A DNA stretch of 64,000 nt. Source: an uncultured Lentisphaeria bacterium (GTDB taxonomy: Bacteria > Verrucomicrobiota > Lentisphaeria > Victivallales > Victivallaceae). How positions within the stretch are numbered: position 1 is the first letter of the stretch; each line of letters opens with the position of its first letter. This document shows positions 37,012 to 46,346 of this stretch, in pieces. The translations under genes were made by a program, and so were the position numbers. The stretch spans positions 20,806 to 84,805 of the forward strand of contig CASFVA010000033.1 of NCBI GenBank assembly GCA_949298075.1, in the 5' to 3' direction. Under the pieces are notes generated by a model. It was given only the letters and a program-made list of their open reading frames with translations. It was not told where the DNA came from and searched no databases.

Positions 37012-40000
37012 GATAAAGCTCCGAAATACTCCAGGCCTGCGCCGGACATCCTCCCGCCGCGTGCGGCGCATCGCCGTCCGCCACTTCCGGCAACTGCCCG
37101 GACACGCCGTCTTCAAGGTAGGCGGCGACTGACCACAGCAGGTCGAGCGCCCGTTTCTTCGCCGACCGGCCGCCGACCAGCGCCAGCGCCTCGCAGTAGG
37201 CCGGGAACGGCCAGCACCAGACGGTACCGTTATGGTAGGCCACTTTGCGGGAAGTATCCTCCGGACCGTGGTAGCCGCCCCGGTAGGGGTGTCCGGGGGA
37301 GTTGAGCAGCACGCCGTCCCGCCAGACCGGCAGTTCGTAAACGGTATCGCGGTCGGCCAGAGTACGGATGCCGCCCGGAGTCAGCAGTTCGCCGCAGCCG
37401 TCGACGATCGCCAGCCGCTTTTCCGGATCGCGCACCGCGCCCAGCGTGACCGCCAGCAACTGGTTGGGACGCAGGTGATCATCCGCCGCCGCCGCCGCCG
37501 CCCCGACCCCGGGGGCGGCGTGCAGACAGTCGGAGCACCAGCTGCCCGGCCGGGGAAAGAACCAGCGTTCAATGCTGTGCGCCACGTTTTCCGCCAGATC
37601 CCGACGGCCGAGAAAATCCAGAGCCGCGTACCAGAGCGCCTGAATTTCAATCGGATATCCCTCCCGCGGGGTGCCGGCCGGGAAATTGGTATCCATCCAG
37701 GTGAAGTGCGACGGGCTGAAAATCAGCTTGGAGTCCGGATCCATGACAATCCCGTTAGCCGTGCCCCGGCAGTAATTTTCGACTACCGATTCCAGCACGG
37801 TGCGCAGCCGGCGGCCGCCGCAGTCGGACTCCAGCAGTCCGGACTCCCCGGTGATCCGGCAGTAATCGCGCACTGCCGCAATCAGATAAAGCGGCGCGTC
37901 ACTGGTGTCGCGGTTGGCGTCGTCGGCGCCGCGGATCATGTTGGGAATGGTTCCGCCCCGTTCAAAGGCGGCGAACTGCCGGATGATCCGCTCCGCCGCC
38001 GGCCGGAAGGCCTCGGACTGAATCAATCCGCGCAGAACAATCAGCGTATCCCGGCCCCAGTCAAGGAACCATGGATAGCCGGCGATCACCGTCGAAAGTT
38101 CGTCGCGCCGCACCACGAAGCGGCGAAGCGCCTCCTGCAGCACCGGTCCGGCATTCCGTGCCTGAAAGCCGGAAGGCAGCTCCTCCGGGCACACTTTGAA
38201 CCCGGTCGGGGCAGAGGTCCCCGCCACTGCCGCGGCGGTCAGTTCGACGCTTTCGCCTCCCCCGAGCTGGATTTCAAAATATCCCGGACTGAAAAGATCG
38301 GTATGATGGTCCAGCCCGTAGTCGCTTTCCAGCGGCAGTTCCACCATGTAATGCCACTCCGGCTCGGACACAAACCGGCCGCGGTCACAGGTCATGACCA
38401 GCCGGTGTCCGCCCGGGGCAAATTCAAATCCGCCCGCCACCGTCCGCACCGCAGCGGGAAAACTCCGCTCCGGCCCCGTGTACGCCCGGGTTACCTGATG
38501 GTTGATCCGATCTTCGAGGTCCGGCCGGATGATGAGCCGCGCCGCCGTTGAGTCGGCGGTGTCGCCCGCCCCGACGGCCGGCGGTCGGTAAAACCGCAGC
38601 GCCAGCGTGTCGGAGTTCAGATCGAGCGCCAAATCGAGCTCCAACCCCGTGCAGCGCCCCTGCCCCGATGGAATCCGGAAACGCCAACGCGCCCGGTTGC
38701 GCACGGATCCGGTAAACTCACAAGTCACCGCCGGGCCCAGTTCCTGCGAATAATCCTCGACCACCAGCCAGGCCCGGCAGCGGGTCAGCAGAATCCGCCG
38801 GTCCACCGGATAACCGGAGTTGAGATTCGCCGCCAGCAGCGCGTCATATTTGCTGTTCAACCGGCCCCAGGCCGCCGACGTCAGCACATAGGATCCGGAA
38901 CCATTGGCGGCAAAGGCCCGGGCCGCTTCAAAATCACAGCTCCGGGACAAATCAATCCGTCGCCGGGCCGCCTCCGCCAGCACCACCAGTTCGCCCGTCA
39001 CGCGCTCAACCGACCGGCCGGCCGGGAAACGGGTCAGGCGCAGCGTCAGTTTCCGGTCCCGCGCCGACCGGTTCGACATCATCGGAACCAGCGCGAACCG
39101 GCGGCCGGTGTCGTCAACAAGGCTCCGGAATGTGCCGACGCAGACCGCTCCATCCAGAATCCGGCAGATGAAATCCGCCGCGTCCGTCACCAGCAGCAGG
39201 TCGCCCGGCGGCACCATCACCCGTCGCCGGCCGTCAAATGCACCGTGCCACACCGTCAGCGGCGGCGGCGCGTGCCGCACAATGGAGGCCACCCACGCCT
39301 CCGGAGCACTCCGCATGGCGGCAGCGTCCGCCTCTCCGGCCCGCTCAAACCCCCGCAGCGCCGCCGCCGCCCGCTGTGCCATCGCCGCCGCCCGGTGCCG
39401 CAGCACCGCTTCCGGCTCGCGCCCCGGTTCCGCCGCCGGCCAGGCGGCCATTGCCTCAAAATCAAGACAGTATCCGGCTCCCGGAGCCAGTTCCACGCAC
39501 CAGTCATCGTCGACCGCCCGGAACTGAACCGGCTCACCCGTGAGCAGATCCCGCCCGGATGACGGAAAGCCTTCCCGCGGCCAGCGCACTTCGGAGCGCC
39601 GGTCACAATCCAGATTGAGCAGCACCAGCACCGGAGGCGTTCCCGGCAGCGCTTCCGGCGGCCGGCGCCGGGCCGCAATCACATCGCCCGGTCCGCGCTG
39701 AATCAATTCCACCACCGCCCCGGGCGCGAAGGCCGGGTGATCTGCCTGCAATGAATTGAGCTGCCCGATCAGTGCGACCAAATTAGGTTCGTGGCCGAAA
39801 TTAAGTCCGCCGGCGCCGTGAACGTCGATCTTTTCCACCGCGAAAAACTCCGCCCCGTTGGCAAATCCGAAGGCAGCGCCCTCCGCCAGCAGCGCGTTGA
39901 CCAGAAACCGCAGCCGGGCGTAAGTCTCCGAAGTCGCGGCCAGGCGGTTGTTGTCATGGGTCTCGGCAAAATTAACCAGCGTACCGCATCGCCGCACCGC

Positions 40001-41188
40001 CGACTCCAGATAGGCATGGTAACGGGTGATTTCGAAACGGTGGTAGTTTTGAAACAGTTCCGAATATCCCCAGTCCAGGCCGCCTCCGAGCAGCAGCTGC
40101 TCCTGCACCGCCGCCGGGCCGCCCAGCCCTTCCAGCAGAAATACGGTGTCGGGATATTCGCGGCGCACCCGCGCGGTGATGTACCGCCAGGCCTCAACCG
40201 GAACCATATAACCGGCGTCACAGCGGAAACCATCCACCCCGCGGCGGCACCAGAACAGCATTACCTTGGCCATCAACTCGCGCACTTTGACATCCCGATA
40301 GTCAAGTTTGCAGAGGTCGGCCCAGACCACGCCCCACGCCCCGGGGCTTTCAAACTCACCGTCGGCGCGCCGCACAAAATAGTCGGGATGCTCCATTTGC
40401 AGCTTGGAAGCCCAACCGGTGTGATTGACCGGAATATCCATGAAAATCCGGCCGTGCCGGGCATGTACGGCGTCAATCAGTTCTCCGAACTGCTCCAGCG
40501 GAGTGGCCCTGACGTCAAAGTCGGCCAGCGCCGGATCAACGCTGAAGTAGTCGAGCGCCGCGAACGGACTGCCGTACAACCCCATGCGGCCGTACTGGGT
40601 CGGCACCGGATGAATCGGCAGCAGCTGCAGGATCCGGCACCCCAGATCATCAAAGATGTGGTCAAGCCGGGCGATCAGACTGCGGAACGTTCCGGAAGGC
40701 GGCAGCACAGCGTATCCCTGTCCGGAAAGCTCAGCGACACTCGCCGGCTGTTCCGGTGAGCGCGCCAGTCCGGCCGCCGCTCCGAACTGCCTTACAAACG
40801 CGCAGTAAACCGTATTGCCCGAAGCCGACTCGGCACTGCCCACCTTGATGGCGAAATTTCCGCTCCGCGGCCACAGAATCGGAGCGCCGTCTGCCGGGAT
40901 AAAACAGCATTTCGCTTCAAAAAAACCGACTTCATACAGCGGCAGCGTCAGCTGATACTCCCCGGGAACCCGGCCCGGCCTCATCGGCAGATCCCGCCAG
41001 TCAAGTCCAGGCTCCGGAATCCCCTTCTCAGTTGCCTCGACCACCTCGCTCCGGCGGATGGCGGCCCGCCCCAGATTGGTCCGCACCATGGCGGTGCCGG
41101 CCGCCGGCGCCGGAACGCCGGAAAGCCTGAAAGTAACCGTCTCACCGGCAGTGAACACCGTTTTGTCCGGCAGAATTTCCTGTTGCAT
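36980..41188 (-). CDS. Eukaryote-type glycogen debranching enzyme architecture: N-terminal GH13 4-alpha-glucanotransferase-like domain fused to C-terminal amylo-alpha-1,6-glucosidase (GDE_C/GH133) domain
   Basis: 1402 aa. GH13 regions are present: I FMDIPVNHTG, II GVDGFRCDAGYMVP, III FLLEGLGG and IV LVNFAETHDNN. The C-terminal GDE_C is typical (YHGPEDTSRKVAYHNGTVWCWPFPAYCEAL). The RBS GAGGAG precedes ATG 41188. Confidence 0.75.
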   Translation of the reverse strand: MQQEILPDKTVFTAGETVTFRLSGVPAPAAGTAMVRTNLGRAAIRRSEVVEATEKGIPEPGLDWRDLPMRPGRVPGEYQLTLPLYEVGFFEAKCCFIPADGAPILWPRSGNFAIKVGSAESASGNTVYCAFVRQFGAAAGLARSPEQPASVAELSGQGYAVLPPSGTFRSLIARLDHIFDDLGCRILQLLPIHPVPTQYGRMGLYGSPFAALDYFSVDPALADFDVRATPLEQFGELIDAVHARHGRIFMDIPVNHTGWASKLQMEHPDYFVRRADGEFESPGAWGVVWADLCKLDYRDVKVRELMAKVMLFWCRRGVDGFRCDAGYMVPVEAWRYITARVRREYPDTVFLLEGLGGPAAVQEQLLLGGGLDWGYSELFQNYHRFEITRYHAYLESAVRRCGTLVNFAETHDNNRLAATSETYARLRFLVNALLAEGAAFGFANGAEFFAVEKIDVHGAGGLNFGHEPNLVALIGQLNSLQADHPAFAPGAVVELIQRGPGDVIAARRRPPEALPGTPPVLVLLNLDCDRRSEVRWPREGFPSSGRDLLTGEPVQFRAVDDDWCVELAPGAGYCLDFEAMAAWPAAEPGREPEAVLRHRAAAMAQRAAAALRGFERAGEADAAAMRSAPEAWVASIVRHAPPPLTVWHGAFDGRRRVMVPPGDLLLVTDAADFICRILDGAVCVGTFRSLVDDTGRRFALVPMMSNRSARDRKLTLRLTRFPAGRSVERVTGELVVLAEAARRRIDLSRSCDFEAARAFAANGSGSYVLTSAAWGRLNSKYDALLAANLNSGYPVDRRILLTRCRAWLVVEDYSQELGPAVTCEFTGSVRNRARWRFRIPSGQGRCTGLELDLALDLNSDTLALRFYRPPAVGAGDTADSTAARLIIRPDLEDRINHQVTRAYTGPERSFPAAVRTVAGGFEFAPGGHRLVMTCDRGRFVSEPEWHYMVELPLESDYGLDHHTDLFSPGYFEIQLGGGESVELTAAAVAGTSAPTGFKVCPEELPSGFQARNAGPVLQEALRRFVVRRDELSTVIAGYPWFLDWGRDTLIVLRGLIQSEAFRPAAERIIRQFAAFERGGTIPNMIRGADDANRDTSDAPLYLIAAVRDYCRITGESGLLESDCGGRRLRTVLESVVENYCRGTANGIVMDPDSKLIFSPSHFTWMDTNFPAGTPREGYPIEIQALWYAALDFLGRRDLAENVAHSIERWFFPRPGSWCSDCLHAAPGVGAAAAAADDHLRPNQLLAVTLGAVRDPEKRLAIVDGCGELLTPGGIRTLADRDTVYELPVWRDGVLLNSPGHPYRGGYHGPEDTSRKVAYHNGTVWCWPFPAYCEALALVGGRSAKKRALDLLWSVAAYLEDGVSGQLPEVADGDAPHAAGGCPAQAWSISELYRVHSLLTQDR

Positions 41189-41256
41189 GACTCCTCACTT
41201 CCGATTTTCATCCGCCGCCGGGAAACCGCGGTTTGCGGCGGCAGGCTCCGTTCCGG

Positions 41257-42252
41257 TCACAGCGGCCGGATCATCGCCAGCAGTTCATCCACTGAGGTCG
41301 CGGCCAGACACTCGACGGTATCCGCCGCTCCATAATAGATCTTCACCGAGCCATCCTCTTCGGCAATCAGACCGCCCGGAAAAATCACACTGCCCCTGAA
41401 CCCGTCAAGTTCATAAGCGGTTTCCGCTGTCAGCACCGGTTCCGGGGCCAGTCCGACGACCCGGGAGGGATCGTCGGAATCCAGCAGCATCACTCCGGCC
41501 CGGTACTCCTTGCACCAGGCCGCGGCAGGGGAGTTGGCCGTCTCCCAGCCCGCCAACGGGCGCCCCGGATCCAGAACGGTGGCGTGAAACAGCGCCAACC
41601 AGCCTTTCGGAGTCCGGATCGGAGGTGCGGCCGGGCCGATCTTGCTGTTGCCGAAAGGCACCCGTTCCAGTCCCAGCACCAGTTCCGTGCGGCCCCAGTA
41701 GCGGCAGTCCGGCGACCGGGACAGCCAGATATCGAAGTTTTCGCCGCCGTTCCGGCTGTACACCGGGAACGGACGCTCCAGGCGAACAAATTCGCCGCCG
41801 ATTTTTTCCGGAAACAGCACCAGATTGCGATTGTCCGGAGCCGTAAGCGACAGCACTTCAAAATCCTCAAAATCCGAGGTGACGGCCATTCCTCCCCTCA
41901 GTCCATGCCGGGTGTCAACCGCAAAGCAAATGTAACAGCGTCCGTCAATCACCGTCAGACGGGGATCGTAAAAGCGCCGGATTTCAGGATTGTCCGCCAT
42001 CCAGCGCTCCGGCGGCCGCCAGGGTTCCGGCTCCGCCCGCCATTTCACCCCGTCGTCGCTGAAAGCCAGTCCGAGATCGGTCCCGGTGTCCTCCGGACTC
42101 CAGCCCGCCGGACTGAAGCCGTAATCGTTCCGGAACACCATGACATAGCGGCCCTGGTATTTGCAGACTCCGGCGTTGAAAACCAGCGATGAGCGATACG
42201 GCACATCCGCCGCCGACAACACCGGATTGCCCCAATAACGTTCAACTGCCAC
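41257..42252 (-). CDS. Glycoside hydrolase family 130-like glycosidase/phosphorylase (5-bladed beta-propeller)
   Basis: 331 aa. The pattern NPVLSAADVPY...VFNAG...YVMVFRND...DPRL...GRCYICFA...RLERPF...KIGPAAPP matches GH130 / GH43-like beta-propeller enzymes. The family call is tentative. Confidence 0.55.
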   Translation of the reverse strand: MAVERYWGNPVLSAADVPYRSSLVFNAGVCKYQGRYVMVFRNDYGFSPAGWSPEDTGTDLGLAFSDDGVKWRAEPEPWRPPERWMADNPEIRRFYDPRLTVIDGRCYICFAVDTRHGLRGGMAVTSDFEDFEVLSLTAPDNRNLVLFPEKIGGEFVRLERPFPVYSRNGGENFDIWLSRSPDCRYWGRTELVLGLERVPFGNSKIGPAAPPIRTPKGWLALFHATVLDPGRPLAGWETANSPAAAWCKEYRAGVMLLDSDDPSRVVGLAPEPVLTAETAYELDGFRGSVIFPGGLIAEEDGSVKIYYGAADTVECLAATSVDELLAMIRPL

Positions 42253-42321
42253 GATTCAAACCTCAACTGATGACCTCCCGTCCCGCCGGCCCGGCAATGG
42301 CGCATTCTCCCCGGAACCGCC

Positions 42322-43191
42322 TCACCGGAGCAATCCGGCCAGCAGCTCCTGAAACCCCGCGGACGCCTCCGCTCCGCAGAACAACCACAGCAAGGATCCC
42401 GCCGCAAGAAACGGTCCGAAAGCAACTTCCATACCCCGCAGCCGACCGCCCCGGCACCATTTCACGCCCAGGCCCCAAACCACCGCCAGCAACGATCCGG
42501 TCACCATCGCGAAAAAAGCCCCCTCCAGGCCGATCAGCATGCCGGACGCAGCCATGAACTTCACATCTCCCCAACCCAGCACCTCACGCCGGGCCAGCCG
42601 CCGCCCCAACCAGGCAAAACCGGCAAGAAACGCGGCCGGAAACATCCCGGAAAGCACACAGACCGCCAGCGCACCCCACCACTCCGCCATGCCCTGCGTA
42701 ACGGGCAGCACGGCCGCGAAAAACAGCGCCGCCACCATCGCCGGCCGGGTCAGGGCATCCGGAATAATCCGGTGTTCGGCGTCAATCCACGCCGTCGCCA
42801 CGGCCAGCATCACCAGCGCCAGATCCGGCGCCAGCATGGCGGCCGGCTGACCGCTCCAGCCCACGCGCAACGCCGTCAGCACGAACAGAATTCCGGTAAT
42901 CAGCTCCACCAGCAGGTAGCGCGGAGAATAGGGGGCCGAACAACTGCGGCAGCGCCCGCGCAGCACCAGATAGCTTATCACCGGCAGATTGTCATACCAG
43001 CGGATCCGGGCACCGCATTTCGTACAGTGCGACGGAGCGTCAATCACCGATTCCCCCCGGGGCATGCGCCAGATGCAGACATTGAGAAAACTGCCCAGGC
43101 AAATTCCGTACAGAAACACCACCGCGAGCGCCGGCACCATGACCTCCCAGTGGTCGAGCATGTATTTGCCCACCCAGTCGCAGCCGCTCAT
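42322..43191 (-). CDS. Prepilin peptidase (A24 family, PilD/GspO-like)
   Basis: The N-terminal Zn-finger-like region is GSFLNVCIWRMPRGESVIDAPSHCTKCGARIRWYDNLPVISYL...GRCRSC, followed by polytopic TM segments with the conserved catalytic Asp region. ATG 43191 overlaps the aroE stop (ATGA). Confidence 0.8.
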   Translation of the reverse strand: MSGCDWVGKYMLDHWEVMVPALAVVFLYGICLGSFLNVCIWRMPRGESVIDAPSHCTKCGARIRWYDNLPVISYLVLRGRCRSCSAPYSPRYLLVELITGILFVLTALRVGWSGQPAAMLAPDLALVMLAVATAWIDAEHRIIPDALTRPAMVAALFFAAVLPVTQGMAEWWGALAVCVLSGMFPAAFLAGFAWLGRRLARREVLGWGDVKFMAASGMLIGLEGAFFAMVTGSLLAVVWGLGVKWCRGGRLRGMEVAFGPFLAAGSLLWLFCGAEASAGFQELLAGLLR

Positions 43192-44072
43192 ACCGCCGGT
43201 CCTCCGGTGTCAAAACCGCGCCGCATGGCTTCCAGCGGAGCCGGCCGGCCGGTCCACAACTCAAATGAACGCGCCCCCTGATGAATCAGCATGGCCCGCC
43301 CGCCCGCCGCCGCCAGTCCGGAGGCGGCTGCGCGTTCCAACAGCGGTGTGCGCCGGTAGATGGTGTCAAAGACCGCGCAATCGGGCCGGCAGCACTCCAG
43401 CACCGCCAGGTCGATCGGCGGCGGATCCGTGTCGCGCAATCCCAGTGACGTCGCCTGGATGATGAAATCCGCCGCCGCCGCCGCCCGCCGGAGTCCGGTT
43501 GTGTCGGCGAGCTCCAGCGCCGCAACCGCCACTCCGGGACGGAACGCGGCGATGCCGTCGGCCAGTTCCGCAGCTTTCGCCCCGGTGCGGTTGGCAATCA
43601 CAATCGATCCGGCACCGCGTCCGGCCAGGTGGAACGCCGTAGCGTGGGCCGCTCCGCCCGCGCCGAGAAACAGAAACGACGCCCCGGTCACCGGCTTGTG
43701 AAACTCCTCGGTCAGCGCCGCTTCCAGTCCGGCGCCATCGGTCGAAAATCCCCGGATCAGACCGTCGCGGATCACCAGGGTGTTGACACTGCCGCCCGGG
43801 GCCGCCTCAGGATCAATCCAATCCAGAAACGGCAGCACCCCATGTTTGTGCGGCACCGTGAGGTTGACTCCCTTCAGCCGGCGGCGGGCCAGCTCCACAA
43901 ACTCGCCGAGGTCGTCCGGAGCCACCCGGAGCCGGCCGTACGGGCGCCCGAGTCCGCACGCTTCGAACGCGGCGTTCTGCATGCCCGGTGACCGACTGTG
44001 CCCGATCGGATCGCCGATGACCAGATACTCCACACCGGCCTCCGGGCCGTCGACTTCAGACCAATTCAACAT
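43188..44072 (-). CDS. aroE: Shikimate dehydrogenase
   Basis: The shikimate-binding motifs are VIGDPIGHSRSP and NLTVPHK. The NAD(P)-binding motif is LGAGGAAHA. Confidence 0.85.
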   Translation of the reverse strand: MLNWSEVDGPEAGVEYLVIGDPIGHSRSPGMQNAAFEACGLGRPYGRLRVAPDDLGEFVELARRRLKGVNLTVPHKHGVLPFLDWIDPEAAPGGSVNTLVIRDGLIRGFSTDGAGLEAALTEEFHKPVTGASFLFLGAGGAAHATAFHLAGRGAGSIVIANRTGAKAAELADGIAAFRPGVAVAALELADTTGLRRAAAAADFIIQATSLGLRDTDPPPIDLAVLECCRPDCAVFDTIYRRTPLLERAAASGLAAAGGRAMLIHQGARSFELWTGRPAPLEAMRRGFDTGGPAV

Positions 44073-44205
44073 TTTTAACTGAATTTTAAAACTATTTTAA
44101 TTTAACTCGGTGGAATATTTCCGATTTCGGTGTTAATATACATGGACAACGCGATCGTTGCAACAGTTTATTGTAAACTTGTGTTCAAATCCCGGGGAGG
44201 AAAAC

Positions 44206-44781
44206 ATGTTGTCCTTTTTTAAAAAGCGTTTCATTCAGATCCTGCTGACCCTCTTCTGCGCGGCCTCGTTCTGCGGCTGCGACATTATTCAGGAGGCACT
44301 GGAGGAGGGTTCCGGCAGCACCGACCCCAACAGCGAGGATTTCCGTCCCCGCTTTGTGGTCGGCGTCTTTTCCATCGTCCAGTATCCGCGCGCCACCGAG
44401 CTGGAGCGGGAAATCCAGTCGCTCGACGGCCAGACCATCACCATCAACACCAACCAGAATTTCAGCAGCAAAAATCTCCGCGATGCCCGGGTCGTTCCCC
44501 GTCCCGGCAACCCGGAAATCTGCGATCTCCAGTTCAAGCTTGACCGCCGCGGCAAGGTGCTCTGGCAGCTGCTCGCCGGCAGCCACATGAACGAACCGGT
44601 GGTGCTGGCCGTGGACAGCCGCTATACCGCGCGCTTCATTCCGGAACTGCCCGCCGACGAGGAGTCCGACTGGGTAACCCTGCGTGTCGGCATCGACCAC
44701 TACACCGCCCGGGGCATCGCCAAGTACGCCAAGAAAAACTACACCTATTACAACCCCAACACCAAGTCCTGGTTTGAATGA
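44206..44781 (+). CDS. Hypothetical lipoprotein
   Basis: A signal peptide with a lipobox-like FCGC (MLSFFKKRFIQILLTLFCAASFCGC). The RBS GGAGG precedes ATG 44206. The gene's stop overlaps the ppx start (ATGA). Confidence 0.55.
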   Translation: MLSFFKKRFIQILLTLFCAASFCGCDIIQEALEEGSGSTDPNSEDFRPRFVVGVFSIVQYPRATELEREIQSLDGQTITINTNQNFSSKNLRDARVVPRPGNPEICDLQFKLDRRGKVLWQLLAGSHMNEPVVLAVDSRYTARFIPELPADEESDWVTLRVGIDHYTARGIAKYAKKNYTYYNPNTKSWFE

Positions 44782-46346
44782 GCAAATCTGCTGAACGCCG
44801 CCGGACAGCATCCCGGGCGCTGGCGGTTATCGACATCGGATCGCACACTGTGAGAATGGACCTCTTTGAGGTGGCCCGCGACGGCGCGCTCGTCATTCTC
44901 GAAAGTTTGTCGCGCCCGGTCAATCTCGGGTTCGACGTCTTCCGCTGCGGTTCGGTTTCTCCCGAAAACCTGGACCTGCTCTCGCATGTCATGCGCGACT
45001 TCGCCGCCAAACTGGCCGAATACCGCATCGAACGCTACCGGGTCATCGCCACCAGCGCCATCCGCGAGGCATTCAACCGGGAACTGGCCGCCGACCGGAT
45101 CCGCAACAGTTCGCACCTATCGCTGGAAATCCTTGACTCCACCAGCGAAATCAAGATCATGTACCAGGCAATGCGCAGCGCACTCAGCCGCACCGGAGAA
45201 TTTGAACACCTCCGCGGACTGGGTCTCATCATCGGCGCCGGATCGCTCTTTGTGATCTATTTCGAAAAGGGACTGATGCGCTTCTGCGAGGAAATGCCCC
45301 TCGGAACCATCCGCTTCTACGACACCCTCGGGCGCTCCTCACTGGCGTTCGGCCGCCTGACCGAGACCCTGGAGTCGGCCGATCTTCCGGCCCGGATCCG
45401 AAACTGCGTCGCGCTGGCTCCCGATGCGCCGGTCACCCTCATCGGCATCGGCGCCGCCCCCCGGCTGCTGGCCGGATTCGCCCGGGGCGGCCGTCCGCCG
45501 CAGGACCTCGAATACGTGGAATTGGAGGAAAAGGCCGCCGCCGGCGCACTCAAAAGCGCCCTTAAGCTGGGTGCCTCCGGACTTTCCGACGCCCTGGACA
45601 TCGCCCCTGAAGAAGCCGGCAACATTGAAGTCGGCGCGGCGATTCTGGATTATTTCATCAACCGCTTTCCCTGCCGCCGCATCATCGTGCCGGGAGTCAC
45701 CACCCGCAGCGCGGTGGCCGAGGACTGCATCCGCCAGCGTTCCGGCAGGCCTGACCGCTCCTTCGATGCCGACCTGGTCGCGGTCTGTCACGCCATCGGC
45801 CGGAAATACGCGTTCGACGCCGACCACGCCGGCGAAGTGGCCCACCTCGCCGGTATGCTGCTGGCCAAACTCAAACGGGAATTCGATTTTGAAGTCGGCG
45901 CCGGTCTGCTGCTCGAAGCCGCCGCCGTGCTGCATGATATCGGCCGCTTTGTCGACACCCGCCAGCACCACAAGCACTCCGGTTACCTCATCGCCAACAT
46001 GCAGCTGCCCGGCGTCAGCGCCGCCAGCCAGCGGGTAATTGCCGCGGCGGCGCGCTACCACCGCGGTTCCGGCCCCAAGGCCTCGCACTCCGAATACACG
46101 GCGCTTCCGGACCGCGACAAGGTCACGGTGCTCAAACTCGCCGCCATCCTGCGGGTCGCCGACGCACTGGACTGCGCCCGGAGCCGCCGCTTCCACCGCA
46201 TGAAGCTGGTGCGGCGGGGCAATCAGCTGATCATTCGCTCCGGAGCGGCCGATCTGCGTTCCGAACAATTCTACCTGGCGCGCAAAAGCGGACTCTTTAC
46301 CCAGGTATTCGGACTTGAACTGAAAATAGAGGAGGACGTCTTATGA
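44778..46346 (+). CDS. ppx: Ppx/GppA family exopolyphosphatase / guanosine pentaphosphate phosphohydrolase with C-terminal HD domain
   Basis: The N-terminus is the actin-like ASKHA fold (LAVIDIGSHTVRM). The C-terminal HD domain is HDIGRFVDTRQHHKHSGYLI. Overlaps ppk1 by ATGA. Confidence 0.85.
   Translation: MSKSAERRRTASRALAVIDIGSHTVRMDLFEVARDGALVILESLSRPVNLGFDVFRCGSVSPENLDLLSHVMRDFAAKLAEYRIERYRVIATSAIREAFNRELAADRIRNSSHLSLEILDSTSEIKIMYQAMRSALSRTGEFEHLRGLGLIIGAGSLFVIYFEKGLMRFCEEMPLGTIRFYDTLGRSSLAFGRLTETLESADLPARIRNCVALAPDAPVTLIGIGAAPRLLAGFARGGRPPQDLEYVELEEKAAAGALKSALKLGASGLSDALDIAPEEAGNIEVGAAILDYFINRFPCRRIIVPGVTTRSAVAEDCIRQRSGRPDRSFDADLVAVCHAIGRKYAFDADHAGEVAHLAGMLLAKLKREFDFEVGAGLLLEAAAVLHDIGRFVDTRQHHKHSGYLIANMQLPGVSAASQRVIAAAARYHRGSGPKASHSEYTALPDRDKVTVLKLAAILRVADALDCARSRRFHRMKLVRRGNQLIIRSGAADLRSEQFYLARKSGLFTQVFGLELKIEEDVL

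Noticed and set aside
39791-40759. 322-aa plus-strand ORF
   Set aside because: It lies antisense inside the GH13 domain of the debranching enzyme.
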